This document shows, piece after piece, positions 12,930 through 25,900 of a DNA stretch of 64,000 bases. Under the pieces are notes generated by a model, which saw only the letters and a list, made by a program, of their open reading frames with translations, was not told where the DNA came from and did no database searches. Numbering within the stretch: the stretch's first letter is position 1; the number at the start of each line of letters is the position of its first letter. This DNA is from Octopus bimaculoides (Eukaryota): the NCBI RefSeq assembly GCF_001194135.2, contig NC_068983.1, positions 127,099,551-127,163,550 on the forward strand. Direction: 5' to 3'. A program made the translations under genes and the position numbers.

Positions 12930-13400
12930 CTTCAGGTTTGTTGTCCTACATCACTCATAAGAAAATTTGGAGGGACTGTGGTTGTTCATTCCTGGGTAAC
13001 AGGGAACCTAGGAGGTGATAGACTTGCGCTTGAACTTTGACGTCAGCGTAAATTCATGTTTATCGATCTTAGATGCATGAAATGTTGTCATTCGCAGAGT
13101 TGAATTGACTGATGTTCTGAAAATCCTTTGACTGAATGGAAATGCATTCTAGAAGATCCATAAGAGGTTGAGAAGTAGCTGGTAGTGCCAGCAATGTTAT
13201 CTGACCGCAGCACATACCATTTGTTTCATTTGAAAATTTTAAGGCTCTACAGAAAAGACAATTTGTGTTTACGCACCAATTTGGATAGAGTTATTATTTT
13301 TTATAAGAATGGGATGGACCGTATCTGGAAACAGCTTCAGGAGTTGTGAAGAACGAATTTGTACGTAGTCTGTTCTTGAGAGCTATTCTATTGGACCTCT
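12930..13400 (-). mobile_element. Helitron RepHel N-terminal coding remnant
   Basis: Minus strand reads CLFCRALKFSNETNGMCC..PLMDLL..SKDF..NSA..MTTF..KVQAQVYHLLGSLLPRNEQPQ.LQIFFMSD, matching the RepHel N-terminal pattern CxxCxALKF..MCC..FKVQGQVYHxIGSLLP..FLQIYF. Confidence 0.8.
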
Positions 13401-14049
13401 GTCTAATCAGTAAAACATTGATTTAATGATCCAGCATTAAGTGCTGCAACATCCTTTTGTTGACCTTGAGAAAATCTCTCTAACTTCACTCTTCAGACTC
13501 TCGCCTTCGGTTTTCTACAATCCTCCTTACTTTATACGTGTGTCTGGAGAGATTACATGTTTTCTTTGGTTGCATATTTTCCCAATATTATAAACAAAAA
13601 AGTATCATCATAGAAAGAAATTAAACACTAATCACTATTTTTGTACGCAGTTGTATCCGCAAAAGATTTTATTTGAAGAGAGCAGAAATTGAAAGAAGAG
13701 AATGCAAAAAGGAAGAGAAAGATGTGTAGTAAAATGACTGACTTCTCTCTTTTCGTACTTCTTAGAAGGCTCCAGCAATCCGATATTTTTGGAATAAGCT
13801 TTTGACCAATTCACATGCACTTAAAGGCCACGGATTGCCGGGCATACAGATATTACTGAGATAGACCCACCTTTATTTTAACCAATTTGTTTGCGGTTTT
13901 CGTGGAATGGACTTATGAGTTAGTAAACTTAGTTGGTTTCGATCGTTTTTATTTCAATCGGTTGGAGTCTGTAATTCGTTTATGTTCATATGCTAAATAT
14001 ATATTCTGATCCATATTACTAGCTGGTTGTTATATTACTATTGTTACTT

Positions 14050-14365
14050 CCCTCCGGAAGAGGTTTGAACTTTTTAATAAACCGTTTTTCTTTTATCTTT
14101 CTTCCAACCTCACTTCTGTCATGTGGAAAGGAAACATTAGAAACATTCTCTGGCCACATATTTCTGTATGTTCGCCCAATGGAATTTGGCGAACATTAGC
14201 GTTCCGGATTTATTGTTTGAGGACTCGTGAACGTTCCGATAATGCACTCCGTGTTCTGCCAATATGGTTCCTCGCAATTCGGGCATTTAATGCAGTAGAT
14301 TAAATTTCTACTTTTGCAATTCATATCTGCATTTGCGAAAATCTGTCCATTTTTTTAACATTATT
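14050..14365 (-). mobile_element. Penelope-like element GIY-YIG endonuclease remnant
   Basis: Minus strand reads DMNCKSRNLIYCIKCPNCEE-(frameshift)-HIGRT..LSERSRVLKQ..RQIPLGEH..CG..FPF..EKRFIKKFKP, the PLE GIY-YIG domain with CxxC and the terminal E..FI..FKP motif. Confidence 0.8.
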
Positions 14366-14422
14366 TACATTATTTACATTAACTACATGCGACGAATATT
14401 TGTCATCATCTTCTTTGTTGTT

Positions 14423-14468
14423 AGCACAACGTTTCGGCTGATATACCCTCCAGCCTTCTTCAGGTGTC
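14423..14468 (-). ncRNA. Minimal type I hammerhead ribozyme motif, family A copy 1 (PLE-associated)
   Basis: Minus strand: GACAC-CUGAAGA-A-GGCUG(GAGGGUAUAU)CAGCC-GAAAC-GUU-GUGCU. Conserved core, 5-bp stem II, palindromic ACGU stem III, CAC/GUG stem I. Confidence 0.7.
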
Positions 14469-14516
14469 CTGCGGAAAATTCGAACCTGGGTTTTCATTCC
14501 TAAGGTATTTTTCGAT

Positions 14517-14555
14517 GTTATCATCATCATCATCATCATCATCATATCATCATCA

Positions 14556-14647
<92 letters not shown>

Positions 14648-14700
14648 GTTATTATTATTATTATTATTATCCTCCTCCTCATGATCATTATCATCATCAC
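14517..14700. repeat. (ATC)n-(ATT)n-(CCT)n-(ATC)n trinucleotide array
   Basis: Directly visible; abuts the family A element. Confidence 0.95.
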
Positions 14701-14702
14701 CG

Positions 14703-14795
14703 AAGTCGATAAAATTAATATTAGTTGCAAACTGGGGTCGATGTAACTGATTTAACTCCTCCTCGAAATTATTGAACTTATGCTAAAATTCTAAT
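14703..14795 (+). mobile_element. SINE family 1 3' fragment
   Basis: GTCGATAAAAT..CTGGGGTCGATGTAACTGA, matching the 4963-5140 copy. Confidence 0.65.
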
Positions 14796-14909
14796 CTAAT
14801 ATATGTATCATTTGTTTGTACGTAGATATACATATTTATACATGCAGTCACACACACATACACACTCACACAAACGGACGCGCACACGCGCGCACATATA
14901 TATATATAC

Positions 14910-14958
<49 letters not shown>

Positions 14959-15195
14959 NNNNNNNNNNNNNNNNNNNNNNNNNNNNNNNNNNNNNNNNNN
15001 NNNNNNNNNNNNNNNNNNNNNNNNNNNNNNNNNNNNNNNNNNNNNNNNNNNNNNNNNNNNNNNNNNNNNNNNNNNNNNNNNNNNNNNNNNNNNNNNNNNN
15101 NNNNNNNNNNNNNNNNNNNNNNNNNNNNNNNNNNNNNNNNNNNNNNNNNNNNNNNNNNNNNNNNNNNNNNNNNNNNNNNNNNNNNNNNNNNNNNN

Positions 15196-15228
<33 letters not shown>

Positions 15229-16395
15229 TAAAAAGGCAATTGTCTTAAACAAAAGTAATAGTAAATTATCTACTAAAATTTCATTTCAAAAATATTTCTG
15301 ACAAACGTTATTTTATTCAATTTGAATATCATGTTTTGCGAAAATGTTTCTACACTGCTTATTCATTTCATCGGAATTGCAGTATATCCTACAACAGCAT
15401 TAAAGTAAGACTAACATTTTATGTCACTTCAATCCACCACATAAAGTTTTACTCTCATGAGAACATTGGTTGTTAGACTATTGAACTAAAGCAAATTGAA
15501 ATTTTTCACATTTCAGTACGTTAAACATTATAACACTTTTTGAACATGTAAAAGAGATTTCGCTCTCATTTTCGATTCTCTCCTATATATCGCTGTTATA
15601 TAAGGTTTTATTATTCAATAACATTAAAAAAAAAAGACAGGGCAATGAATTTATATTGTATATATTCAGGTAAACACACAAAAGTGTGCGCTCGCAAGCA
15701 CTCATACATATACGCACGAAAATCTCTGTGTGAGACATTTGTTTATTTAAAAAACAAATTTTTTATAGGCCCTGTATGTTCCGCTAAGACCGGGTTAGTT
15801 AATGATATGCTTCATACACTGCAGGCTAACATGTTCATTTTCAATAAGATCTACAAACGAAAGCCAGGAGTGTGTCAGATACTCATCGCAGACAGGAAGT
15901 AAAATGTAGGTCTATAACACGACTCATGCACATAAATGCAGCGATTCGAACAGGTATCCATAGATCCTGGATCTCGACTACAGAATTTCTTTTCAGTAAT
16001 TGCAATTTAACTTAGGCCACTGGGGAGAATGGATTAATTATTTGCGAGCAAGAATAATTAGAATCCCTCACATTGTTTTATTCATGTTTTAGTACTGGCG
16101 AGTTTTCAGATCAAGTGTAAGACAATCATTGGGAGAACGGGTCATCAGAAATAGCAAGAGAATGCAAGTTCTAAAATGTCATGAGTGTTAATGTTGTGCA
16201 TGCTTACCGAGCGATCGTTTAACCTCTAGCATTGAAAAGCAAAATGATATTCCGCACTAAATAGAAGAGACACCGTGACTCGAGAATGGATACGTCTGTT
16301 TATAGCTTGTGATAGATTGCGGTGGTGAATAACAGCTGAACTAGCATGCAGTTTTTAAAGTGAATTACTCATATATAACTATGTTAACTTGAACA

Positions 16396-16427
<32 letters not shown>

Positions 16428-16603
16428 ATTATAGTATATTCTATTATGAACGTAGTAGAGTAGGATATAAAACTCGTCCACGTTCAGATTTACCCTGTAC
16501 TGTCTAGTAGTTGTATTATACGTATTACCAAGTTTGCGTCTAGGCATCTATCATGTATGAATAGATAATTGAAAAAATTGGAAGAAAGAAGAAGGGATAA
16601 GGC

Positions 16604-16739
16604 TGGACATTTATTTTTGAATAACTGCAATTGTTTCCATGCAGCGTAGTTCCCCAGGCGTGCAGGTATGCAGATACTGCACATCTGGAGATCTACGTTG
16701 CGCTGGAGACAATTGTAGTCATTAAAAAATAAATGTCCA
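16604..16739. repeat. 136-nt near-perfect hairpin (palindromic MITE remnant or hairpin RNA)
   Basis: TGGACATTTATTTTTGAATAACTGCAATTGTTTCCA.. pairs with ..TGGAGACAATTGTAGTCATTAAAAAATAAATGTCCA all the way to a 4-nt loop (GCAG). Confidence 0.85.
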
Positions 16740-18044
16740 CCTCCAGTTGACTCCAATTTTTTAAATTATATTTATATATATATATATATATATNNNNNNN
16801 NNNNNNNNNNNNNNNNNNNNNNNNNNNNNNNNNNNNNNNNNNNNNNNNNNNNNNNNNNNNNNNNNNNNNNNNNNNNNNNNNNNNNNNNNNNNNNNNNNNN
16901 NNNNNNNNNNNNNNNNNNNNNNNNNNNNNNNNNNNNNNNNNNNNNNNNNNNNNNNNNNNNNNNNNNNNNNNNNNNNNNNNNNNNNNNNNNNNNNNNNNNN
17001 NTATATATATATATATTTATATAATGACTACAATTTTCATTATGTATATGGTCCACCTCCATTATGTATACAGTCCACCGCCAGTGAAGGACGTGGTATA
17101 TTATATATACATGTAAGTGTAGAGGTAGATCGGATTTTCCTTAAGTAAATCAGAGAGGATGGTAGGATAGTAATCCATGCTGAGGGAAAACAGATGTTAG
17201 GAGTACCCAAGTTGAGCCAACCTTTTCCCCCGAAGCACTACTGGATCAACTACTGTTTCTTATTACTGTATAACCACATTCAATGTTTAGCCTTCAATCA
17301 ACAAATGGAGCACATCGAAATATAAAGAGCTATAAGTGGGATAAAAATGAATAAATGGAAATATAAGTAAAAAATATAAATAAATAAGACAAACCAAAAT
17401 CAATAAATAGAAATTAAAATTAAGACAAATATATATATAATATAACATGAACAAACACATTCAGTCAATTCATAGCATAGGAGTATCGATTTCATGAATA
17501 TATATGATTAACTTAATATTTAAATGGCGCGAATATACAGACCGGAACAATTCTCTATCTCTTCTGTGTATGACTTCAAAGGACATCTTTTTTTTGCGTT
17601 TTCAACTCGTTACCACAGCGGAATACAAGCCAAGTTCAATCTCCCTGCTTATAATTTTAATTTGAGTAATGGCTTATATTAGTAAGCATTTCCAAATCAT
17701 GTTGCATTGCATTTTTTACTGTTTTAGGTCACACATATGGGCCGCGAATGATGTGCATTGCCTTTTCGAGTTACTTCTAAATGACACCGTATCCTTCTTC
17801 CAACGTTTCTTGAAGCTCTCGGTTGTTGCACATGTATACATATGCTCTTGTTCTTACAGTACGTTTTTACATAATGTTTGAGTTACACTGCGTACAAATG
17901 ATATCAGAAATTGAAAAGGTGGAATGAGGGACTTACGCGTACAACAGCGGTTTCAAAACGCTTGTTGGTCCAATATAATGATTGTAAATTGATTCCATCA
18001 TCGGATAATACTGGCCTCCTTTTCCATGGAAGAATTTTACATCT

Positions 18045-18115
18045 GAGATGTTTGCTCGACAAAAGGCGGTGCTCTAGCATGGCCGCTGTCAAATGACTGA
18101 AACAAGTAAAAGAGA

Positions 18116-18116
<1 letters not shown>
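18045..18116 (+). mobile_element. SINE family 2 (octopus OK/OR-like) 3' end
   Basis: GGCGGTGCTCTAGCATGGCCGCTGTCAAATGACTGAAACAAGTAAAAGAG matches the 3' end of the 29070-29456 copy. Confidence 0.85.
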
Positions 18117-18154
<38 letters not shown>

Positions 18155-18164
18155 TGCATAAGCG

Positions 18165-18496
18165 GGAGGTGGAAATATCACAGAAGTAAACCTACGACAT
18201 TACAATTTAAGAAGGAATGTAATAAAATGGTTTGAAAATTATATAAAAATAATATTAGCGGTTTCGAAAAAAAATTTAAGTAGAAACAGTTTATCTTCTA
18301 TCTGAGGGGGCAAAATCAAGTCTGACAGAAGATAAACTGTTTTTACTTCAATTTTTTATAAATATTTAGTGACATTTCATAAGATGAGATTCACCATTGA
18401 AACCGGTAATGTTTTCTTTATATAATTTAATTATTTTATTAAATACCTTCTTAAATTGATATGTCTTACATTCACTCCTGTTCTGTTACCGCCTCC
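18165..18496. mobile_element. ~330-bp foldback/MITE-like element with long diverged arms
   Basis: Perfect 16-bp inner arms AAACAGTTTATCTTCT/AGAAGATAAACTGTTT. Similarity continues outward (CAATTTAAGAAGG/CCTTCTTAAATTG; GGAGG/CCTCC), with an insertion in the right arm. Confidence 0.7.
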
Positions 18497-21400
18497 ATCT
18501 TTTATGTATAAAAATTTGATTTGTATATTAGTTCATAGTAATTAGGAAATGGTAGTTTAAATACTGCATCAAGAAGTTGTGGCCATGATACTGATTTGAG
18601 CCGATTGAAGATACATGTTGTACATGACGCTAAAGCTGTGATGTTCCTGCCTGGGTCACTTGGTACAGGACCTCTTGCAGGTTGTAAATTCACTGTTGAT
18701 CCATGGGGAAATGATTCGCGAACAGGGAAGTTGCCTGCTGCGTTGTGTACGTGGATATGTTGACGTTAGGGCGATGGTGGCGACGTAATTAGAGTTTGCT
18801 GAATGCTATTAGACGAAGTTGGTGAGCCACAACGTAGCTTCTGTGGTAGCGTGTTGTCTGGCGCCGTCAATGGAGCTGGCCGAGTTTACGTGATCAGTGG
18901 CTTGACTTTAAAAGGTAAGTGATCAAAGACATGTATAGAGGAAAAAGTAAGGATTTTATTGAAAGTAGTAGGCCCCAAATATTGTTAGAAAATGTTGTTC
19001 TACGTGATCTTAGTCATGCGCGGTAGTTGGCGCAATCGAGTAAGAGATACATTGCGCCAATACCAACCATTAAGAGCAGTGGCCACAACGGGATCCAAAT
19101 AGCGGCCAAAATCTATCTGGTAGATGCTACGTTCGAACGTACGTATATACGTAATCTACGCTAAAATAGTAGGGAGCGGTTGCCCAAGATGCCAGAATCC
19201 AGAAGTGGGACTCAACACCACGAAGAAGTTTTTAATCATTTGCTTAAGCATTGTTCTGCAATATACCTTTGTATATACAATATACTGTAAACTGTTTTCA
19301 TCAAATATATTCTATAGTATATTAAGGCGTTTCCAACTCACTTGCGTTTTTCAACCAAACTGAAGCAAGGCAGGTTAAAAATAAATGATCACCGAATCAT
19401 TTTGACGTTCATTGTTTATGTATTTATACTAAATTAATAGAAGCTTGTGTATAACTCCTGCATATCACCATATCATTTCTTGAATGTTTTCTATGTACGA
19501 ACAGAGAACAAATATACCTGTCGTTATAGAAACTTATAAAAGACAGGTGACATCCTGCATAAGTATCGCGTCTGTCATGACTATGGCACTGCTTACACAT
19601 TTTACATGTAAATCTAAAGCTTTACAAAAGTCATTCGGGATAAATAGAGAGTATCTCTGTTCTAGTTGCTCCGTACCCGCGCCACATCTTAACCGACTAT
19701 CACTTTTTAACACCTCATCCCCTATTCTTGTTGTCATAAGTTCCTACACACCTCACAAAACATCCACTCCGGTCCCAAAACTCTTCCCTCTTCCCCAATA
19801 CTCTAGGACACTCAGTTAAAATGTACTAGTAATCTATTAGTCGTACAAGTCTGAATCACCAACTCCCCGCCTTACGTGCTGCAGTTAGTTCTTTCCTTTG
19901 TTTCCTGCTAGTTGTCGTACACTTTTGGTCCTCACCAAAACTTTTTCTCGCACAAGAGGCAATGACCGCAACTTTCACATTTCTGATTCATGCAAACTGA
20001 ATCTCTATCTGCATCATCTATTTTTTTAAATGCTTTCAATGCCTCGCACATCTTATTATCCGATTTGTAATTGAGATATCAGATTCCTGTCATCTGTTTT
20101 GTAGACAAATCAACATTTTATCTGTTAAAGAGATTGTGCTTAAACAACCTATAGTAGTAGCAGTGCAAGTGATTTGATCCTCTTGATGCAACCTTACACA
20201 AACACATACGCAGAAGAACCTGGGCATACATCAGCTCTACAGAGACATAAATGTATTCTCATTCACTCAGTATAGACCACGCTTCATCGGGTTAAATAAA
20301 CACTTACGTTTTTTTATTTTGTTTCAAATCTAATTTAAATTTTCAAGTCGTCGATTGCCAGGTACTAGATATCAATGATGCGTTTGACATTGATAATTAA
20401 GATGGAAATAAGTTTTTTCTTTAAAAATGCCCTGCAAAAATATATATAATTAAAATACCTTATTTAAGACTTTCCTATGCCAATAATCACACAGGATGCA
20501 TTATAGTGATGTAATCAATATTTTATGTTTACCCTAGAAATGCGTGTATACACCGAGCCACAAAGGGAAGATATAATGACCAAATGAATTGAATTACACA
20601 TCAACTCATTCATCAGAAACGCATTGTTTTGTTAAGAGAGCCTGGGCAAAAATACCAGATTAAGATAAGTGTGTTTGATGTTGCATGTACCAACGTAATA
20701 CATTTCGAAGACAGACACAATACAAGAAAAGCATGTTTTTGTTTGTGGTGTAGTAGTACGTTATAGCCAAAGCATATTGTAATCTAACATGCATTGTGTT
20801 TGTATTAGTAGTAAATAAGATCAGTCAACTAATTGAATGAGAATACGTTTCTGTATTTAGCAATTCGTATCAGTAACTATAGACAGATCTTAAACTTCCT
20901 GAATCGAATTCCTTTAATTTGAATGCAGTCTTATCAATGATAAGAGCCTGTGTGAATGGGCAATTCTTGCAGCAACGACATTGTATAAACATTAAAACAT
21001 TGTAACACTGTACAATATATATAAAATGGCACATATTTGTAAGTCATAAATTTCGTGATGTGAGAAATGGATACTCAACGACTGTCTGCCTCATCAGATT
21101 TGTTTGAATCCTTAATATAGATTGTGATCTTAATTACTTTTGATAGGCGAATTCTAAAACATCGGAGCTTTCATCAGCTCTCTAACTCTCAGTTGTGATG
21201 CAATCCACGCTACACAGCAGCAATACGAATAATTGTTTAATTCAGAATATTTAAGAACAATTATAAAAATACCTCACCGTGAACATGACGAGCGATTATT
21301 CTCTTTGTCATATTATATTACACATATTGTATGTAAACAATACACGAGTTATATAAAGTTCCTAAAAATATATCATATGTTCAAGTTTGTTTAATCTTAC

Positions 21401-23738
21401 TGAAACCTGCTTTCGTCTTTGAATATATTTCTACTCTACGCCCGTCATTGTCCTGTTTATATGCTTATGTTGAGCATTCACAAAGTTACTCTGATCACAA
21501 AATAAACTAATCTACTTTGTGGTACGTTAAGTATAAAGCCTTTTTCTCACTTATATAAACAAATATTTTTATTTTCAAGCACTGGAATTTTATTTTTGAT
21601 TTCAACGGCATTGTATAAAACTTACAAATCTTCGGTGAAATAATAAGGAGAATGGATCATTTCTGACGTTAACTTCTTCCAGCACACAGCGATGCAAAAA
21701 TAGAAAATTAACTTTTGAACCGAAAAATTAATTGACAATTAGATATTTTAATTAGCATACAAAACTAATCTTTGTAAGTATATTATTTTTAATGATACAT
21801 AAAAATAAACGGAACGCACATTACATAAACATATTGGCTGACAGCTAGGGAAAATAACTGAATATTCTAATTTATTTGAGTACTTTATATCACTGAGGTC
21901 AAATGATAATCTGAAGAAATGACATATTTCAATGTTTCTAGGATTCAAATACAATCCATCTATACAACATTCAACCATTGTTTAGATAAGCTCTACAAAC
22001 ATATCGACCTCAGAATAAACGCGTTACATGTTCTATTCATACCAATGAATTATATATTACATGTATTATCTCCAATGGCAGAAACATCTACAAAGATAAT
22101 AGATAATATATATACATAGATATTATATATTAATGGGGAAACATGCAAAAAATCTTTAGGAGAAACAATAGAATCCATCAGAGGAAAAGAATTCAGTTGC
22201 ACAAGAATACAAATATTTTCATTTTGAAGCTTCTGCTTATCAATGACTGACAAAATGCCAATTAAAGTTTGAAAAGAATCAAAAGTCTTTCTTTAACGGT
22301 ATTAATGGAAATGCTGGAATATTTGAATTAATAAATCATACACAATATATAATTTATGAAGATTAAGCAAACAAATCTTCATTTTGCGTTCCATATGCGT
22401 TCTCTTCTACATCCTATTCTCTATCAATATACCAGTTTTTCTCTCTCACTCTTCCTCATTCTTTCTTCCTCTCTGTCTATATATAATGTGTGTGTGTGCA
22501 TGTATGCAAGTCTACATGAATAAAGAAAAGTGCATTGTTTTCACTCTTTAATTTTAAATATAACAATCATAAAGAGAGCGCTTCGCCATCAGCTGTTGAA
22601 ATATTCATGTTGCAAATGGAATACTATTAGCGTTTTAAAATCCTTAGCATCAAAATCACCTGTTTCTAATGCGATTACTTTTTGAAAATGTAATATTTGA
22701 AAATTACCTAAGTAATTCTGAAAATAGGGTCATAAATATTGAGAAATATTTCAGAATTCCTAATGCTTTTAAAACATTTCAACCTGCACTATAATATTAT
22801 GCTCAATATTATATAATTTTTTTCTTATTTATTATTTATGCTCTAGCAAAATTAGGTATTTCAAATGCATGGTTAAAACATTAAATTAAATATATTCAAT
22901 CGAAACTCAAAACTTAAGTTCATATATGTAAGTCTCATTCTTTCTCACCTCTTGTATCACTCTTTCTCTCTCTTTCTCCCTCTCTCTTCTTCCTTCTATC
23001 TTACCACAAAGACACACACAAACACGTGCGCATATTGGTAAATTTTGATAAATCATAATTTATTAAAATTTCACAGATTATGTTTTAAATTTTATTCATA
23101 AAAAAATTTTAAAAAGTAAGTATTGCATTAAAGCGCTTCTACATTAAGTATCTATAATTTTATCAGCCATTATGCATAATAAGAGTAAAATGTATATGCA
23201 CCTATATAAAAATAAAATACATATATATATGTATTATTAGGGTGACCTTATTTCGTATAGATAGAGCTGTAACCAATTTCCTCCCACTTTCTTTCGTCTA
23301 TTTTTTAATTCCTTCTCTCTCACTGTCTCCCTTATTTTCCTCATTTCCCCTCCTTTTTCCCCACTCTTTCCACAACTTATGTTTTTATTTACTTTTCTAC
23401 TTGATGTGCTGAATCCGACGCCGATAGCCTTTTTAATGGTCGCTCAATATTTTCAAGTAATCAACCGGCCGATTGAATAAGTAGAAAAATAAACGCAACC
23501 AAAATGCGTATCAGAAAGATTTGTAAATGCCCAACGCACAAATAAGTAAATGTATGAAGCCCACTATGTATGCCTTTCTTTATACACACTTACATACATA
23601 TAAACATACATACACGTATACATACCTATATACGTGTGCCTATATATATATATATCACCCCGGCCACTATCTGGCATATACAGGTGCTTACACTTATCAT
23701 GTATTACTTCTAAAACTTACAATATGTATATATAAAGA

Positions 23739-23779
<41 letters not shown>

Positions 23780-24671
23780 NNNNNNNNNNNNNNNNNNNNN
23801 NNNNNNNNNNNNNNNNNNNNNNNNNNNNNNNNNNNNNNNNNNNNNNNNNNNNNNNNNNNNNNNNNNNNNNNNNNNNNNNNNNNNNNNNNNNNNNNNNNNN
23901 NNNNNNNNNNNNNNNNNNNNNNNNNNNNNNNNNNNNNNNNNNNNNNNNNNNNNNNNNNNNNNNNNNNNNNNNNNNNNNNNNNNNNNNNNNNNNNNNNNNN
24001 NNNNNNNNNNNNNNNNNNNNNNGAGAGATAGACCCTAAAATTTTGACTCGTTAAATTTAAAGAGGAAAAAACCTACAAAGAAATGCATATTTGAACATTC
24101 ACTGCACAAGTGAGGCATACTGCAATAATTTTTTGAAAGTGACAGTCGTTACAATATTGAAGTATAGTGATAAGTTAGTAAACAGATAAAATATCAGGTT
24201 CTCGACAGAAAAAATTACATTTATGTAACTGTTTTGCACATTGCTAAATCCTACATCAGAATTGAAAAACGAATTATTTAACATCACTTTAATATCTATT
24301 TTAAAATACGTTACTATTATCAACAAAATCAGACGGGAAAACAGGAAAATGGCAAGGGAAATATTTGCATTAATACTTATTAGGAAATTGACTAAAGTTA
24401 ACAAACTAAATTGGTTGTAGAAAAATTAAATATGTATTGGATGAGCAAAAATTATTTCAACAGTTAAAGGAATAATTTAAAAATTTGATCAACTAGATCT
24501 CTTTATAATAAACACAGTCTGAACTTCTACGGGAGGCGTTTAATCGATTACAAAGAATCCAAGACTCAGGTGTTGTATATTCCTGCAACTCCAAATGGAC
24601 GAATGGCCAAGTTAATTCGGCAGAATACGAATTAGATCATAACGACGGGCGAAATGCTTCAAAGTGTAATT

Positions 24672-24815
24672 GCTATGTGATAAGAAATTTTACTTCCCAG
24701 CCACATGCTTCCAAGCTGACATCGATCCTGTGTGCGGACATAGTCGGTGTACGGAAACTGAAAGGAGCACATCATACATACATACATACATACATACTTA
24801 CATACGTACATACAT

Positions 24816-24861
<46 letters not shown>

Positions 24862-25250
24862 NNNNNNNNNNNNNNNNNNNNNNNNNNNNNNNNNNNNNNN
24901 NNNNNNNNNNNNNNNNNNNNNNNNNNNNNNNNNNNNNNNNNNNNNNNNNNNNNNNNNNNNNNNNNNNNNNNNNNNNNNNNNNNNNNNNNNNNNNNNNNNN
25001 NNNNNNNNNNNNNNNNNNNNNNNNNNNNNNNNNNTATATATATATCTGTGTGTGTGCATGCGTAGTAGCTTGCGTGTATTTTTGTGTGTATTTATGTTTG
25101 TCCCACAACAATGCTTAACAACCGGTATTGGTTTGTTTCTTGTGTACGTCTAAGGAAATTAGCGTTTCGTCTAAAGAGACCGATAGAATAAGTTCATGTA
25201 AAAGAATTCAAGGTGGTGCCTCGGTATGGCCGTAAAAGATAAACTGGAAA
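24672..25250 (+). mobile_element. SINE family 2, degenerate copy spanning a microsatellite and gap
   Basis: Head GCTATGTGATAAG..CCACATG..CGGAAACTGAAAGGAGC, internal (CATA)n/(CA)n, 3' part ..GAGACCGATAGAATAAG..GGTGCCTCGGTATGGCCG. Confidence 0.7.
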
Positions 25251-25344
25251 AGCATGTTGACTGGCGAGCTTAATGATTTTGCTAGCTCACTGCATTATAT
25301 GACTCAGAAAATAATTATTTTCGTTGGAGCTACGTCTGTATTTT

Positions 25345-25510
25345 TTTTATTGTGAGTTAATATGTTTGTTATACCGACTCCAGTTCTCAAACTGCACTTA
25401 CTTTCATGAGCCCGAGAAGATTAAAGGTAAAGCTGATGTGGGCGTAATTAAAACTCTCAGCGTAAAGAAACCTGGAATGCCGGTAAGCATTTTATTGGTT
25501 GTGCTGATAA
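25345..25510 (-). mobile_element. SINE family 1, degenerate copy
   Basis: CCCGAGAAGATTAAAGGTAAAGCTGATGTGGGCGTAATT resembles the reverse complement of the family 1 core. Confidence 0.5.
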
Positions 25511-25699
25511 CTTTGCAAGATCGAGTTATTATAAAGTGAACATGGATGTGATATTAAGAAACATGTATTTACATACATAGAATAATTATAAGTTGGATTT
25601 CGATTGTGAACCTGTCTCTTTCTCTATAGATGTGACACGAGACTTCAACTTACGCCTTATGGTATGAATAGAATAATAATGACTGTGTTATTTTACACA

Positions 25700-25900
25700 T
25701 AATATGATAACGACTTCAAATTTTGTCACAAGGCCCCAAGTTTTGGGCGAGGGAGTATATACGTTACATCGACCCCAGTGCGCAAGGGATAATTATTTTA
25801 TCAACACTGAAACGATGAAACGCCGAATCGACATCGCTGTAGTTTGAACTTAGATCGTAAAGATGGACGAAATGCTAACAATTTTGCCCGGCATACTAAT
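25700..25900 (-). mobile_element. SINE family 1 copy
   Basis: ATCGACCCCAGTG..TTTATC..GAAACGATGAAA..TTTGAACTTAG matches 4963-5140. Confidence 0.7.

Noticed and set aside
19480-20000. Minus-strand Cys/His-containing peptides (YILTECPRV..FW) suggesting a LINE zinc knuckle
   Set aside because: One weak motif with many stops; cannot be assigned.
23237-24040. TAGGGTGACC..GACCCTAA as possible MITE termini
   Set aside because: Only ~6 bp of inverted match, separated by a gap.
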